DNA of 64,000 nt. It comes from Alphaproteobacteria bacterium. Lineage in GTDB: Bacteria > Pseudomonadota > Alphaproteobacteria > UBA828. The notes below the pieces were generated by a model. The model made no database searches, was not told the DNA's origin, and saw only the letters and a list, made by a program, of their open reading frames with translations. The translations under genes were made by a program, and so were the position numbers. The stretch is taken from NCBI GenBank assembly GCA_963667785.2, contig CAXXMU010000002.1:832001-896000 (forward strand). Reading direction: 5' to 3'. Shown piece by piece: positions 1-9,554 of the stretch; position 1 is the first letter of the stretch, and every line of letters starts with the position of its first letter.

Positions 1-216
1 GAAGTCCTCGTGGCCGATGGGGCTGTTCTTGATCGTGTAGTCCGTGTCGGCCTCGAACTTCGCGACCTGCTCGTTGAAGATCTTGAGCCCGAACTCCCCG
101 GTGAAGTAGTGGGTCAGAGTGACGTCGCCGCCCTGCGCGAAGGCGGGCGCGCCGAGCGCGAGCGCCGGCACGACCGCCAGAGCGGCCAGCGCCCCGCGCC
201 TGTTGAGAGTGATCAT
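1..216 (-). CDS. ABC transporter extracellular solute-binding protein, carbohydrate-type (5' part only, runs off window)
   Basis: Manual translation MITLNRRGALAALAVVPALALGAPAFAQGGDVTLTHYFTGEFGLKIFNEQVAKFEADTDYTIKNSPIGHEDF: RR-containing signal peptide with AFA cleavage site; AGGGGG RBS upstream. Confidence 0.7.
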   Translation of the reverse strand, partial: MITLNRRGALAALAVVPALALGAPAFAQGGDVTLTHYFTGEFGLKIFNEQVAKFEADTDYTIKNSPIGHEDF

Positions 217-255
217 CGGAATCCCCCTGTGCGGTTGGTTTGGCGCCGTTATGGA

Positions 256-265
256 TGAGCGCTCA
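256..265. promoter_or_regulatory. LacI-family-like operator core TGAGCGCTCA
   Basis: Perfect 10-bp palindrome just downstream of a minus-strand TTGACT and upstream of the solute-binding protein gene. Confidence 0.35.
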
Positions 266-435
266 GGCAGTCAAGCGTATCGCTCCGTTCGGAGTCAACG
301 GAAACGGGGCGGACGCGCCGGGGTATCGCGCACGGGCATACCGAAAAGCCAAACGACGATGGCGGCACGTGTTGCGCGACCGCTCGGGTTCCGCCTACCT
401 TCGCGGCGTATCGGCGCCGCGGGAGCTGACGAGTG

Positions 436-1530
436 ATGCAGAGCGGTCCCATCGGTATAGGCATCGTGGGCACGGGCCGCATCTCCGACCTGCACGCCAT
501 CGAGTACCTGGCGAGCCCCTTGGCGCGGATCGTCGCGCTCTGCGACGTGGACGCGGCGCGCGCGGCGCAACGGGCGGCGGCCTGGGGCCTCGACGACGTC
601 GCCATCGACGACGACATCGATGCCCTGCTCGCCCGCCCGGAGGTGGATCTCGTCGAGATCCTGCTCCCCCATCACCTGCACCTCGACGCGGCGCTGAAGG
701 CCGTCGCCGCCGGCAAGATCGTCTCGCTGCAGAAGCCGATGTGCATCTCGCTGGAGGAGGCCGACCGCCTGGTCGCCGCCGCGGACGCCTCGGACCGCCC
801 GTTCAAGGTGTTCGAGAACTTTCTGTTCTATCCCCCTGTCATCAGGACGCAAACTCTGATTGCCGAAGGCGCAATCGGCGCGCCGCTCTCCATCCACATC
901 AAGAGCAACCCGGGGCGGAGCGCGACCGCCTGGGACGTGCCGGCGAGCGCCATCGCCTGGCGGCAGCGGCCCGAGCAGTCCGGCGGCGGGCCGCTGGTGT
1001 TCGACGACGGCCACCACAAGTTTGCGCTGGCCTGGCACTTCATGGGCGAGCCGGAGGAGGTCCACGCCTTCATCGGCGAGACCGAGACGGCGGACCACCG
1101 GGAGCGGCTGGACGCGCCTTCCATCGTCTCGTTCCGCTTTCCCGGCAACCGCATCGGCAACCTGGAGATCGTCCACTCGCCGGAGCTGGAGATCGCGACC
1201 CGGCACTACGCCCAGGACGACCGCGTGGAGATCACCGGCAGCCGGGGCGTGATCTGGATGAACGGCGGCCACGGGCGCCTCGGCGACGCGCCGCCGCTCA
1301 CGCTCTACCGGGACGGCGCGCTGACCGAGTTCCGCGACGTGGAGACCGGCTGGGAGCAGAGCTTCGTGCTGTCGACGCGCCACTTCCTCGAGGTCGTCTC
1401 GCAGGGCGGGCGCCCGGTGCTGACCGCGCGCGAGGGCCGACAGGTGCTGCGCTTCGCGCTCGCCGCGCTCGAGTCCGCCCGCACGGGCAGGCCGGTGCCG
1501 GTCGTCGCCGACGGCGGATCGGGCGCATGA
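436..1530 (+). CDS. Gfo/Idh/MocA family oxidoreductase
   Basis: GIVGTGRIS Rossmann motif, LLPHHLH, QKP motif, DDGHH. Confidence 0.9.
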   Translation: MQSGPIGIGIVGTGRISDLHAIEYLASPLARIVALCDVDAARAAQRAAAWGLDDVAIDDDIDALLARPEVDLVEILLPHHLHLDAALKAVAAGKIVSLQKPMCISLEEADRLVAAADASDRPFKVFENFLFYPPVIRTQTLIAEGAIGAPLSIHIKSNPGRSATAWDVPASAIAWRQRPEQSGGGPLVFDDGHHKFALAWHFMGEPEEVHAFIGETETADHRERLDAPSIVSFRFPGNRIGNLEIVHSPELEIATRHYAQDDRVEITGSRGVIWMNGGHGRLGDAPPLTLYRDGALTEFRDVETGWEQSFVLSTRHFLEVVSQGGRPVLTAREGRQVLRFALAALESARTGRPVPVVADGGSGA

Positions 1531-1549
1531 CGGCGAAGAGCCGGCGTCG

Positions 1550-2365
1550 TTGAGCCCGGCGGACGCCGCCGCGGTCGAGACCGCGAAGCGCTACCCGTTC
1601 CCGCGGCCGGGGTATTCCTTCCTCTACGTGGATGGCGAGGCGCTGCCCCTCCTTTCGCTTGCCGAATCGCTGGAGGACGCCGAGATCGAGGCGGACGGCA
1701 GGGCCCGCCCGGCGGGCGACCTGCTGCGCCGGCGCGGGATCGCCGCTGCCTCCCCGCTCGGCCGGCGCACGCCGGTGCTGGCCTATGGCGCCAATGCCGC
1801 GCCCGAGCGGCTGCGGCGGAAGTTCGGGCCGCTCGCCATGGCGGTCTTCCCCGTGCTGCGGGCCAGGCTCCACGACTTCGACATCGTCCACGCCGCCCAC
1901 ATATCGAGCTACGGCGCGGTGCCGGCGACCATCCAGCCTTCGCCCGGCACGGTCTGCGACATCGCCGTCACGTATCTCGACGAGGCCCAGCTCGCGCGCA
2001 TGCACGAGACCGAGCTGCGCCGCCGCACCTACCTCTTCGGCCGGCTGAACAATATCCGGCTCGAGCCCGACCTGCTGCCGGCGACGGATCGCGTGTGCAG
2101 CTATGTCGGCGACTGCGGTTGCATCGCGCGCGACGGGAGCCCGCTTGCGCTCGCCGCCATCGAGGCCGAGAGGCGGCGCTTCCACGCGCTCACGCAGGCC
2201 GAGGTGCAGCGGACGGTCCACGCCATGCTCGCCGCGCCGGGGCCGCTCGATGCCTTCATCCGCGAGGCGGTGGACGACGAGAGCGTGCGGCGCGCGCGCA
2301 CCGCATCGCTCAGGGAACGGGCGCTGCCCTTCTCCTGCGCCGGCTTCACGCCGACGGCGCCGTGA
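1550..2365 (+). CDS. hypothetical protein, possible gamma-glutamylcyclotransferase-like fold
   Basis: Codon usage matches genome; TPVLAYGANAAP resembles the GGCT-like YGSN motif; TTG start uncertain. Confidence 0.6.
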   Translation: MSPADAAAVETAKRYPFPRPGYSFLYVDGEALPLLSLAESLEDAEIEADGRARPAGDLLRRRGIAAASPLGRRTPVLAYGANAAPERLRRKFGPLAMAVFPVLRARLHDFDIVHAAHISSYGAVPATIQPSPGTVCDIAVTYLDEAQLARMHETELRRRTYLFGRLNNIRLEPDLLPATDRVCSYVGDCGCIARDGSPLALAAIEAERRRFHALTQAEVQRTVHAMLAAPGPLDAFIREAVDDESVRRARTASLRERALPFSCAGFTPTAP

Positions 2366-2368
2366 TAC

Positions 2369-2604
2369 CTAGAGCACGTTTCGTTCAGACACGATCGCAG
2401 CGAGTTGCTGCGGGTGCCCAATCTTCGTGCGGTGTTGCCCGAGCTTCCCCCACCTCACCCCGGCCCTCTCCGCCCCCAGGGGCGGAGAGGGGGTAACGGG
2501 CGGCGCCGTCTAGGTTCCCCCTCCGCCTTCGGGGGAGGGGGACAGGGGGAGGTGGGAATCGCGTTCGGGCTGTCGCGACCCGGTACGGTCGGATGGTGCT
2601 CTAG
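2369..2604. mobile_element. MITE-like repeat (type A) with CTAGAGCAC terminal inverted repeats and internal REP-like hairpin pair
   Basis: CTAGAGCAC at 2369 and GTGCTCTAG ending 2604; inverted near-copy at ~50548-50773. Confidence 0.75.
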
Positions 2605-3530
2605 CCGAGTCCCTTCGCGGCCACGATCCCGGCGAAGATCACGAGACCGACCAGGCTGTTGTTCTTGAACTTGGCGAGGCAGTCGGCGGGGCTGTCCGTC
2701 CGCACCCTGAACGCCTGCCAGCCGAGCAGCAGCGCCGCCAGCGCCACGCCCACGAAGTAGGGCCACGCGGCCGACGCGGCGACGCCTGCGCCGGCGAAAC
2801 CCGCCACGGCGGCGGCATAGAAGACGATCAGCCACGGCCGCGTCCGCTCGCCGAGCGCAAGCGCGCTGGACTTCACCCCGATGAGCAGGTCGTCCTCCTT
2901 GTCCTGGTGGGCGTAGATCGTGTCGTAGCCCAGCGTCCAGGCGATGCCGGCGACGTAGAGCAGCCCCGCCGGCCAGCCGATGCCGCCCGCGACCGCAGCC
3001 CAGCCCAGCAGAGCGCCGTAGTTGAAGGTGAGGCCGAGAAAGGCCTGCGGCCAGTAGGTGATGCGCTTCATCAGCGGGTAGGCGACCACCAGCAGCAGCG
3101 AGCCTGCGCCCAGCAGGATCGCGAACAGGTTGAGTTGCAGCAGGATGGCGAGGCCCACGCCGAGCAGCAGCGCCAGGTAGGCGACCGCGCCCTTCACGCC
3201 GATCGCGCCGGAGGGCAGCGGCCTCTGCCGGGTGCGCTCGACCCGCCCGTCGAAGTCGCGGTCGAAGATGTCGTTGACGGTGCAGCCGGCGGCCCGCATC
3301 ACGAAGGCGCCGGCGGTGAAGAGCGCGAGCAGTCCGATATCGGGCAGACCGTCGGCCGCGAGCCCGAGCGCCCAGAGGCACGGCCACAGCAGCAGCCAGA
3401 CTCCGGTGGGCTGATCCAGCCGGGCCAGCGCCACGAAGGGGCGCAGCCTGGCCGGCATCGTCCGCTCGATAGGACCCGGCCCGGGCGGCCCGGCGGGCGC
3501 CGCGGCCCCGCTCTGCAGGCGCTCGGCCAT
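2601..3530 (-). CDS. ubiA: 4-hydroxybenzoate polyprenyltransferase
   Basis: RLDQPTGVWLLLWP, NDIFDRDFD, YDTIYAHQDKEDD motifs. Confidence 0.95.
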   Translation of the reverse strand: MAERLQSGAAAPAGPPGPGPIERTMPARLRPFVALARLDQPTGVWLLLWPCLWALGLAADGLPDIGLLALFTAGAFVMRAAGCTVNDIFDRDFDGRVERTRQRPLPSGAIGVKGAVAYLALLLGVGLAILLQLNLFAILLGAGSLLLVVAYPLMKRITYWPQAFLGLTFNYGALLGWAAVAGGIGWPAGLLYVAGIAWTLGYDTIYAHQDKEDDLLIGVKSSALALGERTRPWLIVFYAAAVAGFAGAGVAASAAWPYFVGVALAALLLGWQAFRVRTDSPADCLAKFKNNSLVGLVIFAGIVAAKGLG

Positions 3531-3581
3531 GGCCGCTGGTGTATCGTGGCGCTTCGGCCGAGACAAGCGACGAGCCGCGCC

Positions 3582-4355
3582 ATGGGCGGGTCCGACCGGG
3601 ATCGGGGAGACGAGCGGGAGCGCGCGGGAGCGGGCAGCGCGATCCGCCTCTTCGTCGACGCGACGCTCGCCGCCGGCGCCCCGGTCGCGCTGGACGGCCC
3701 CCAGGCCCACTACCTCCGCAACGTGATGCGGCGGGCGGCGGGGGACCGCATCCGCCTCTTCAACGGCCGCGACGGGGAGTGGGAGGGAGCAATCGAGAGC
3801 CTGTCGTCCGGCCGCGCCGTCGTTCGGCCGGACGCGATGCTGAAGGCGCAGATGCCGGCGCCCGACCTCTGGCTCCTGTTCGCGCCGCTCAAGGCCACCC
3901 CCATGCGCTTTCTGGTCGAGAAGGCGACGGAGCTCGGCGTCGGCGCACTCCGCCCGGTGGTCTGCCGGCGCAGCCAGACCCGGCGGGTCAACACCGGCCG
4001 GCTCCGCGCGCACGCGATCGAGGCCGCCGAGCAGTGCGGCCGCCTGGACGTGCCGCGCGTCGATCCCCTCTCCTCCCTCGACGACGCGCTCGCCGCGTGG
4101 CCGCCCGGACGGCGGCTGCTCGTCTGCGACCCGGACGCGCGGCAGGCAGCAGCCGACGCGCTGGCGGGCTCCGACGCCTCGCCCTGGGCCATCCTGATCG
4201 GGCCGGAGGGCGGATTTGCGCCCGAGGAACGGCATCGGCTCGCCACGCACCCGGCGGCCGTTCCCGCCCGCCTCGGCCCGCGACTCCTCCGGGCGGAAAC
4301 GGCGGCGGCGGCGGCGCTGGTCTGCTGGCAGGCGCTCGCCGGCGACTGGCGATGA
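3582..4355 (+). CDS. rsmE: 16S rRNA m3U1498 methyltransferase
   Basis: HYLRNVMR, EKATELGV, EAAEQC, IGPEGGF, LGPRLLRAETA. Confidence 0.95.
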   Translation: MGGSDRDRGDERERAGAGSAIRLFVDATLAAGAPVALDGPQAHYLRNVMRRAAGDRIRLFNGRDGEWEGAIESLSSGRAVVRPDAMLKAQMPAPDLWLLFAPLKATPMRFLVEKATELGVGALRPVVCRRSQTRRVNTGRLRAHAIEAAEQCGRLDVPRVDPLSSLDDALAAWPPGRRLLVCDPDARQAAADALAGSDASPWAILIGPEGGFAPEERHRLATHPAAVPARLGPRLLRAETAAAAALVCWQALAGDWR

Positions 4356-4473
4356 GCGCGCGCGGCGCCGCACGCAGGCCTGCCATGCTCCTTTCGGTTG
4401 CGCGATATGCTGGACAGGGAGGCCGGAATCGACGAAACCCTGCACTCGGCCACCCCGGCCGCCGGGAGGGTGC

Positions 4474-5835
4474 GTGAACGACAGCACCGCCACGCAGGGC
4501 GAGGCGCTCACCCGCCGCGACCTGATCGCCTATCTCGAATCGGGCTGCAAGCCGCGTTCCGCGTGGCGGATCGGCACCGAGCACGAGAAGTTCGGCCATC
4601 GCCTCGCCGACCGTGCGCCGCTCCCCTACGAGGGGCCGGCCGGCATCCGCGCGCTGCTCGAGGGACTGCAGCGCTACGGCTGGGAGCCCTACCTCGAGAA
4701 GGGCAAGCCGATCGCGCTGCTCAAGGACGGCCAGTCGGTCTCGCTCGAGCCCGGCGGCCAGCTCGAGCTGTCCGGCGCCCCGCTGCACAACCTGCACCGC
4801 ACCTGCGACGAGGTGCACGCGCATCTGGACCAGGTGCGCGCCGTCTCGGCCGAGCTCGGCATCGGCTTCTACGGTGTCGGCTTCCGGCCCGACGCGCCGC
4901 GCGAGGCGATCCCGTGGATGCCCAAGGGCCGCTACGCGATCATGCGCCGCTACATGCCGACGCGGGGCTCGCTCGGCCTCGACATGATGACGCGGACCTG
5001 CACCGTCCAGGTCAATCTCGACTTCGAATCGGAAGCCGACATGGTGCGCAAGATGCGCGTCGGCATGGCGCTGCAGCCGGTGGCGACGGCGCTCTTCGCC
5101 ATCTCGCCCTTCGTCGAGGGCAGGCCGAGCGGCTTCCGCAGCTACCGCAGCCACGTCTGGACCGATACCGATCCCGACCGCTGCGGCCTCCTCCCCTTCG
5201 TCTTCGAGCCGGGCATGGGCTTCGAGCGCTATGCCGACTACGTGCTGGACGTGCCCATGTACTTCGTGGCGCGCGACGGCGGCTTCGTCGATGTGGCGGG
5301 CGAATCCTTCCGCGACTTCCTCGCGGGCGCCCTGCCCCAGCTTCCCGGCGAGCGGCCGACGCTCAAGGACTGGGAGGACCATCTCACCACCGTCTTCCCC
5401 GAGGTTCGGCTCAAGCGCTACATCGAGATGCGCGGCGCCGACAGCGGGCCGTGGGGCAAGGTCTGCGCCCTGCCCGCGCTCTGGGTCGGACTCCTCTACG
5501 ATTCGACCGCGCTGAACGAGGCCGAGGCGCTCATCGCCGGGTGGTCGGCCGCCGACGTCGCGGCGCTGCACGGGGCGGTCCCGCGCGACGCGCTCACTGC
5601 TACCGTCGGCGGGCGCACGGTGCGCGACGTGGCGCGCGACGCGGTGGAGATCGCGGCCGGCGGCCTCAAGCGCCGTGCCGTCGCCGGCAATCTCGATTCC
5701 GACGAGCGCTCCTATCTCACCTACCTGCGCCAGATCGCGGAGAGCGGGCGCACCGCCGCCGACGACATGCTGGAGGCCTACGCGGGCCGCTGGGGCGGCA
5801 GCATCGAGCCGCTCTTCGAGGAATACGCCTATTAG
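4474..5835 (+). CDS. gshA: glutamate--cysteine ligase (alphaproteobacterial/plant type)
   Basis: IGTEHEKF, SLEPGGQLELSG, MPKGRY, TCTVQVNLD, EMRGAD; GTG start after GGGAGG. Confidence 0.95.
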   Translation: MNDSTATQGEALTRRDLIAYLESGCKPRSAWRIGTEHEKFGHRLADRAPLPYEGPAGIRALLEGLQRYGWEPYLEKGKPIALLKDGQSVSLEPGGQLELSGAPLHNLHRTCDEVHAHLDQVRAVSAELGIGFYGVGFRPDAPREAIPWMPKGRYAIMRRYMPTRGSLGLDMMTRTCTVQVNLDFESEADMVRKMRVGMALQPVATALFAISPFVEGRPSGFRSYRSHVWTDTDPDRCGLLPFVFEPGMGFERYADYVLDVPMYFVARDGGFVDVAGESFRDFLAGALPQLPGERPTLKDWEDHLTTVFPEVRLKRYIEMRGADSGPWGKVCALPALWVGLLYDSTALNEAEALIAGWSAADVAALHGAVPRDALTATVGGRTVRDVARDAVEIAAGGLKRRAVAGNLDSDERSYLTYLRQIAESGRTAADDMLEAYAGRWGGSIEPLFEEYAY

Positions 5836-7015
5836 CGATCCGGCCTACCGCATCGCCCCGGCGGTCTCGGCCGTCAGCCCGCCGCCGATCGCCGAAATCA
5901 GGGGACTGGCCCAGGGGCTGCGCGTCACGCCCGAGAAACCCCTGCTGGACCTGACCCAGGCGGTGCCCGCCTATACGCCGGCGGACGCGCTGACGGACCA
6001 TCTCGCAGATGCCGTGCGCCAAGCGGAGACGGCGCGCTATACCGCCATCCTCGGCCGGGACGAGCTGCGCTCGGCCTTCGCCGCGGCGCTCTCGGAGACT
6101 TACGGCGGCAGCGTCGCGCCGGACCAGGTGGCGATCACGGCGGGCTGCAACCAGGCCTTCTGCCTCGCGCTCATGGCGCTCGCAGGGCCGGGCGACGAGG
6201 TGATCCTGCCCGCGCCCTGCTACTTCAATCACCGGATGTGGCTGGAGATGCTGGGGGTCTCGCCGGTCTTCCTGCCCTTCCGGCCCGAGCGGGGCGGCGT
6301 GCCGGACCCGGCCGACGCCAGCGCGCGGATCACGCCCCGCACCCGCGCCATCGTGCTGGTGACGCCCAACAACCCCACGGGCGCCATCTATCCGCCCGAG
6401 GCGATCCACGGCTTCCACGGGCTCGCGCGCGAGGCCGGCATCGCTCTCGTGCTCGACGAGACCTACCGCGATTTCCTGCCGGGCGATACCCCGCCGCACG
6501 GGCTCTTCGCGCGTGCGGACTGGGGCGAGACGCTGGTCCACCTCTACAGCTTCTCCAAGGTCTACGGCCTGACCGGCTACCGGGTCGGCGCGCTGGCGGC
6601 GGCGCCGGCGCTGCTCGCCGAGATCGTCAAGGCGGCCGATTGCGTGGCCATCTGCGCGCCGGCGATCGCCCAGGAAGCGGCGCTCTTCGGCCTCCGCCGC
6701 CTCGCCGGCTTCCGCGCCGAGAAGCGGCGCCAGGTGCTGGAGCGGGTAGCCCGTTTCCGCGCGCTCTTCGAGCGCCGCAACCTCGCCTACGAGCTGGTCT
6801 CGGCCGGCGCCTTCTTCGCCTACGTGCGCCACCCCTTCGCAGACATGGCGGCCGGCGACGTCGCCCGCAGGCTCGCCCTGGAGGAGAACGTCCTCTGCCT
6901 GCCCGGCAGCGCCTTCGGCCCGGATCAGGAGCGCTACCTGCGCTTCGCCCTCGCCACCATCGACGACGACGGGATGGCGGCCCTCGGCGCGCGCCTGCAG
7001 GCTTGCCAGGAATAG
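5831..7015 (+). CDS. class I/II PLP-dependent aminotransferase (start uncertain)
   Basis: VTPNNPTG, DETY, SFSKVYGLTGYRVG; no ATG/GTG/TTG at the expected N-terminus, in-frame ATT at 5831. Confidence 0.85.
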   Translation: MSDPAYRIAPAVSAVSPPPIAEIRGLAQGLRVTPEKPLLDLTQAVPAYTPADALTDHLADAVRQAETARYTAILGRDELRSAFAAALSETYGGSVAPDQVAITAGCNQAFCLALMALAGPGDEVILPAPCYFNHRMWLEMLGVSPVFLPFRPERGGVPDPADASARITPRTRAIVLVTPNNPTGAIYPPEAIHGFHGLAREAGIALVLDETYRDFLPGDTPPHGLFARADWGETLVHLYSFSKVYGLTGYRVGALAAAPALLAEIVKAADCVAICAPAIAQEAALFGLRRLAGFRAEKRRQVLERVARFRALFERRNLAYELVSAGAFFAYVRHPFADMAAGDVARRLALEENVLCLPGSAFGPDQERYLRFALATIDDDGMAALGARLQACQE

Positions 7016-7020
7016 CCCCG

Positions 7021-8154
7021 CTACGGCGCGGTCGTTGCCGCCGGCGCCTCGAAGCGGGCGATATCGAAGCCCTCGATCGGCGTGTCGGTGCGACCGTCCA
7101 GGGCGAGCTCGGCGGCCACCGCGCCCGACGCCGGGCCGAGGCAGAAGCCGTGGCCGCTGAAGCCGAAGGCGTGGACCAGGCCGGGCGTGGTGCGGCTCGG
7201 GCAGAGGATCGGGAGGTGGTCGGGGGTGCAGCCCTCGACGCCGCTCCAGAAGCGGATCACGGCGAGGTCCGCGACACGGGGAATGATGGCGGCCGTGCGG
7301 GCGAACGTGGTCAGGCTCTCCTCGGCATCGACCTTGCCGAAGCCGACATCGAGGTCGGCGGTGCCGCTGCGACCGCCGAAGATGACGTTGCCGCGCGGGA
7401 TCTGGCGGGCGTAGACGTCGCCGCCGACGACGGCCAGCACCGGCTCCATGAAGTAGGGCGCGGGCTCGGTAACCGCCATCTGCGGCTCCATCGGCCAGAT
7501 CTCGACCTGCTCGCCGAACTGCGCCGCGAGGCGCGCGCCCCAGGCACCGGAGGCGTTGATCAGCGCGCCCCCGCGCAGGCTGCGGCCGGATTCGGTCTCG
7601 ACGACGAAGTCGCCCCCGTCGCGCGCGACATGCGTCGCCCCGTCGAGCTCGATCAGCGTGGCCCCTGCCGCCCGCGCCGCCCGCGCGAAGGCGGGGCCCA
7701 CCAGGCGCGGATTGGCCTGGCCGTCGCTGGGGCAGTAAGCGGCGCCATAGGCGCCCGACCCGAGCCAGGGGAAGCGGTCGAGCAGCGCGTTCCGGCTCAG
7801 CATCTCGACCTCGACCCCGTAATCCGCCTGCGCCTCGGCGTGGGCGGCGATCTGGACCATGTCCTCCTCGTTGCGCGCGACCTTGATGTTGCCGGTGATC
7901 TGGTACTCGCAATCGCTGCCCACCAGCGCGGGCAGGCGCTTCCACACCGCGAGCGCGCGGGCGGCGATGCCGAGCTCGGCGAGCTTGCGCCCGTTGCGCC
8001 GGACGCCGCCGAAGTTGACGCCGCTCGCCGCCGCCCCGAGCTGGTTCTTCTCGACCACGGCGACGCTCGCGCCGCGCTCGCGCAGGTGCAGCGCGGCGGC
8101 GCAGCCCACCAGGCCGCCGCCGACGATGACGACATCGCTGCGCCCGTCGCTCAT
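7021..8154 (-). CDS. FAD-dependent D-amino-acid oxidase family subunit (HcnC/OoxB-like)
   Basis: VVIVGGGLVG, ASGVNFGGVR, GFSGHGF. Confidence 0.85.
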   Translation of the reverse strand: MSDGRSDVVIVGGGLVGCAAALHLRERGASVAVVEKNQLGAAASGVNFGGVRRNGRKLAELGIAARALAVWKRLPALVGSDCEYQITGNIKVARNEEDMVQIAAHAEAQADYGVEVEMLSRNALLDRFPWLGSGAYGAAYCPSDGQANPRLVGPAFARAARAAGATLIELDGATHVARDGGDFVVETESGRSLRGGALINASGAWGARLAAQFGEQVEIWPMEPQMAVTEPAPYFMEPVLAVVGGDVYARQIPRGNVIFGGRSGTADLDVGFGKVDAEESLTTFARTAAIIPRVADLAVIRFWSGVEGCTPDHLPILCPSRTTPGLVHAFGFSGHGFCLGPASGAVAAELALDGRTDTPIEGFDIARFEAPAATTAP

Positions 8155-9554
8155 ATCGAGGCCGCCCGTGCGCGGTCCTCCACCGCGGCCGCGGCGCCTG
8201 CGCGTATGGAGAGCGGCTTGACCGGCGCCTGGCCGCGCAGGCGGCCGACCTCGGCCACGTCGCAGCCGCGCGCGGCGGCGAGGATCTGCGCCGCGGCGGG
8301 GCCGCACACGCGGCCCTGGCAGCGGCCCATGCCGACGCGGGTGAAGGCCTTCGCCCGGTTCAGCTCCGCCGGCTCCAGCGCCCGCCCCTGGCGGATATCG
8401 CCGGCGGTGATGGCCTCGCAGCGGCAGATGACGGTCTCGTCGGGGAGCGTGCGCGCGAGATGGAACGGCGCGGGGAGCGCCCGCTCCAGCGCATTGCGAA
8501 AGCGCATGATGCGCCGCAGCCTGCCGCGAAGCCGCGCCTGCAGCGCACGGTCGATGGCGACGCCGCGATCGGCCAGCAGGGCGAGGGCCGCGAGCCTGCC
8601 GCGAAGCTCGGCAGCGTCGGCGCCTGCGACCCCGGCACCGTCGCCGGCGAGATAGATCGAGCCCTCCAGCGCGCGCCCGTCCTCGTCGGCCTCGGGCAGC
8701 CATTGCTGCGCCAGCGGGTCGAACGCCGTCTCGCAGCCGGCGAGTTCGGCGAGCTGCACCTCGGACTTGACGCTGTAGCCGATGCCGAGGCCGGTGCAGG
8801 CGATGCGCCGCTCGCGCCCGCGGCGGTCGCGATAGCGCACCGCCTCGAGGGCCCGCTCGCCGTCGGCCGCGACCGGCGTGATCCCGGTACGCACGGGGAT
8901 CCCCGCCGCGCGCAGCCAGGTCATGTACCAGAGGCCCTTGGCGAAGGTGCGGCCGCCCCAGAGGAGGCCGGGCAGCACCGGAATCGCCGCGCTGGCGCGG
9001 GAGGTGTCGAGCACCGCCGCCACGCGGGCGCCGGCGTGGACGTACTGATAGGCCACCAGGTAAAGCAGCGGCCCGGTGCCCATGAAGACCACGGGCTCGC
9101 CGATGGCGCAGCCTTGGGCCTTCAGCGCCACCTGGGCGCCGCCCATGGTGAAGACGCCGGGCAGCGTCCAGCCCGGGAAGGGAATCACCTGATCCATCGC
9201 GCCTGTGGCGAGAACGATGGAGTCGAAGGCGATCCGCCCGACGCCGTCCGGGCCGAGCGTGTGCGCGATGCCCTTCTCGATGTTCCAGACGAGGGTGCCG
9301 GGGCGATAGTCCAGCCGGTCTCCCAGAGACGCGAGCGCCGCGTGCACCGACCGCGCCTTGCGCGCCTCGAACCCGTAGAGCGCCTCCGCCGGACGCGTGA
9401 ACCCCTGCGGCGGCTGGCGGTATATCTGGCCGCCGCTCCGCTCAGCCTCGTCGACCACGATCGGCGCCAGACCGTGGGCGACGAGGGTTTCCGCAGCCCG
9501 GGTTCCCGCCGGGCCGGCGCCGACGATCAGGATCGCGCGGTCCTCGCCGCTCAC
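8151..9554 (-). CDS. NAD(P)/FAD oxidoreductase with BFD-like 2Fe-2S domain (HcnB/OoxA-like)
   Basis: GAGPAG, PFPGWTLPGV, ICRCE, GMGRCQGRVC. Confidence 0.85.
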   Translation of the reverse strand: MSGEDRAILIVGAGPAGTRAAETLVAHGLAPIVVDEAERSGGQIYRQPPQGFTRPAEALYGFEARKARSVHAALASLGDRLDYRPGTLVWNIEKGIAHTLGPDGVGRIAFDSIVLATGAMDQVIPFPGWTLPGVFTMGGAQVALKAQGCAIGEPVVFMGTGPLLYLVAYQYVHAGARVAAVLDTSRASAAIPVLPGLLWGGRTFAKGLWYMTWLRAAGIPVRTGITPVAADGERALEAVRYRDRRGRERRIACTGLGIGYSVKSEVQLAELAGCETAFDPLAQQWLPEADEDGRALEGSIYLAGDGAGVAGADAAELRGRLAALALLADRGVAIDRALQARLRGRLRRIMRFRNALERALPAPFHLARTLPDETVICRCEAITAGDIRQGRALEPAELNRAKAFTRVGMGRCQGRVCGPAAAQILAAARGCDVAEVGRLRGQAPVKPLSIRAGAAAAVEDRARAASI

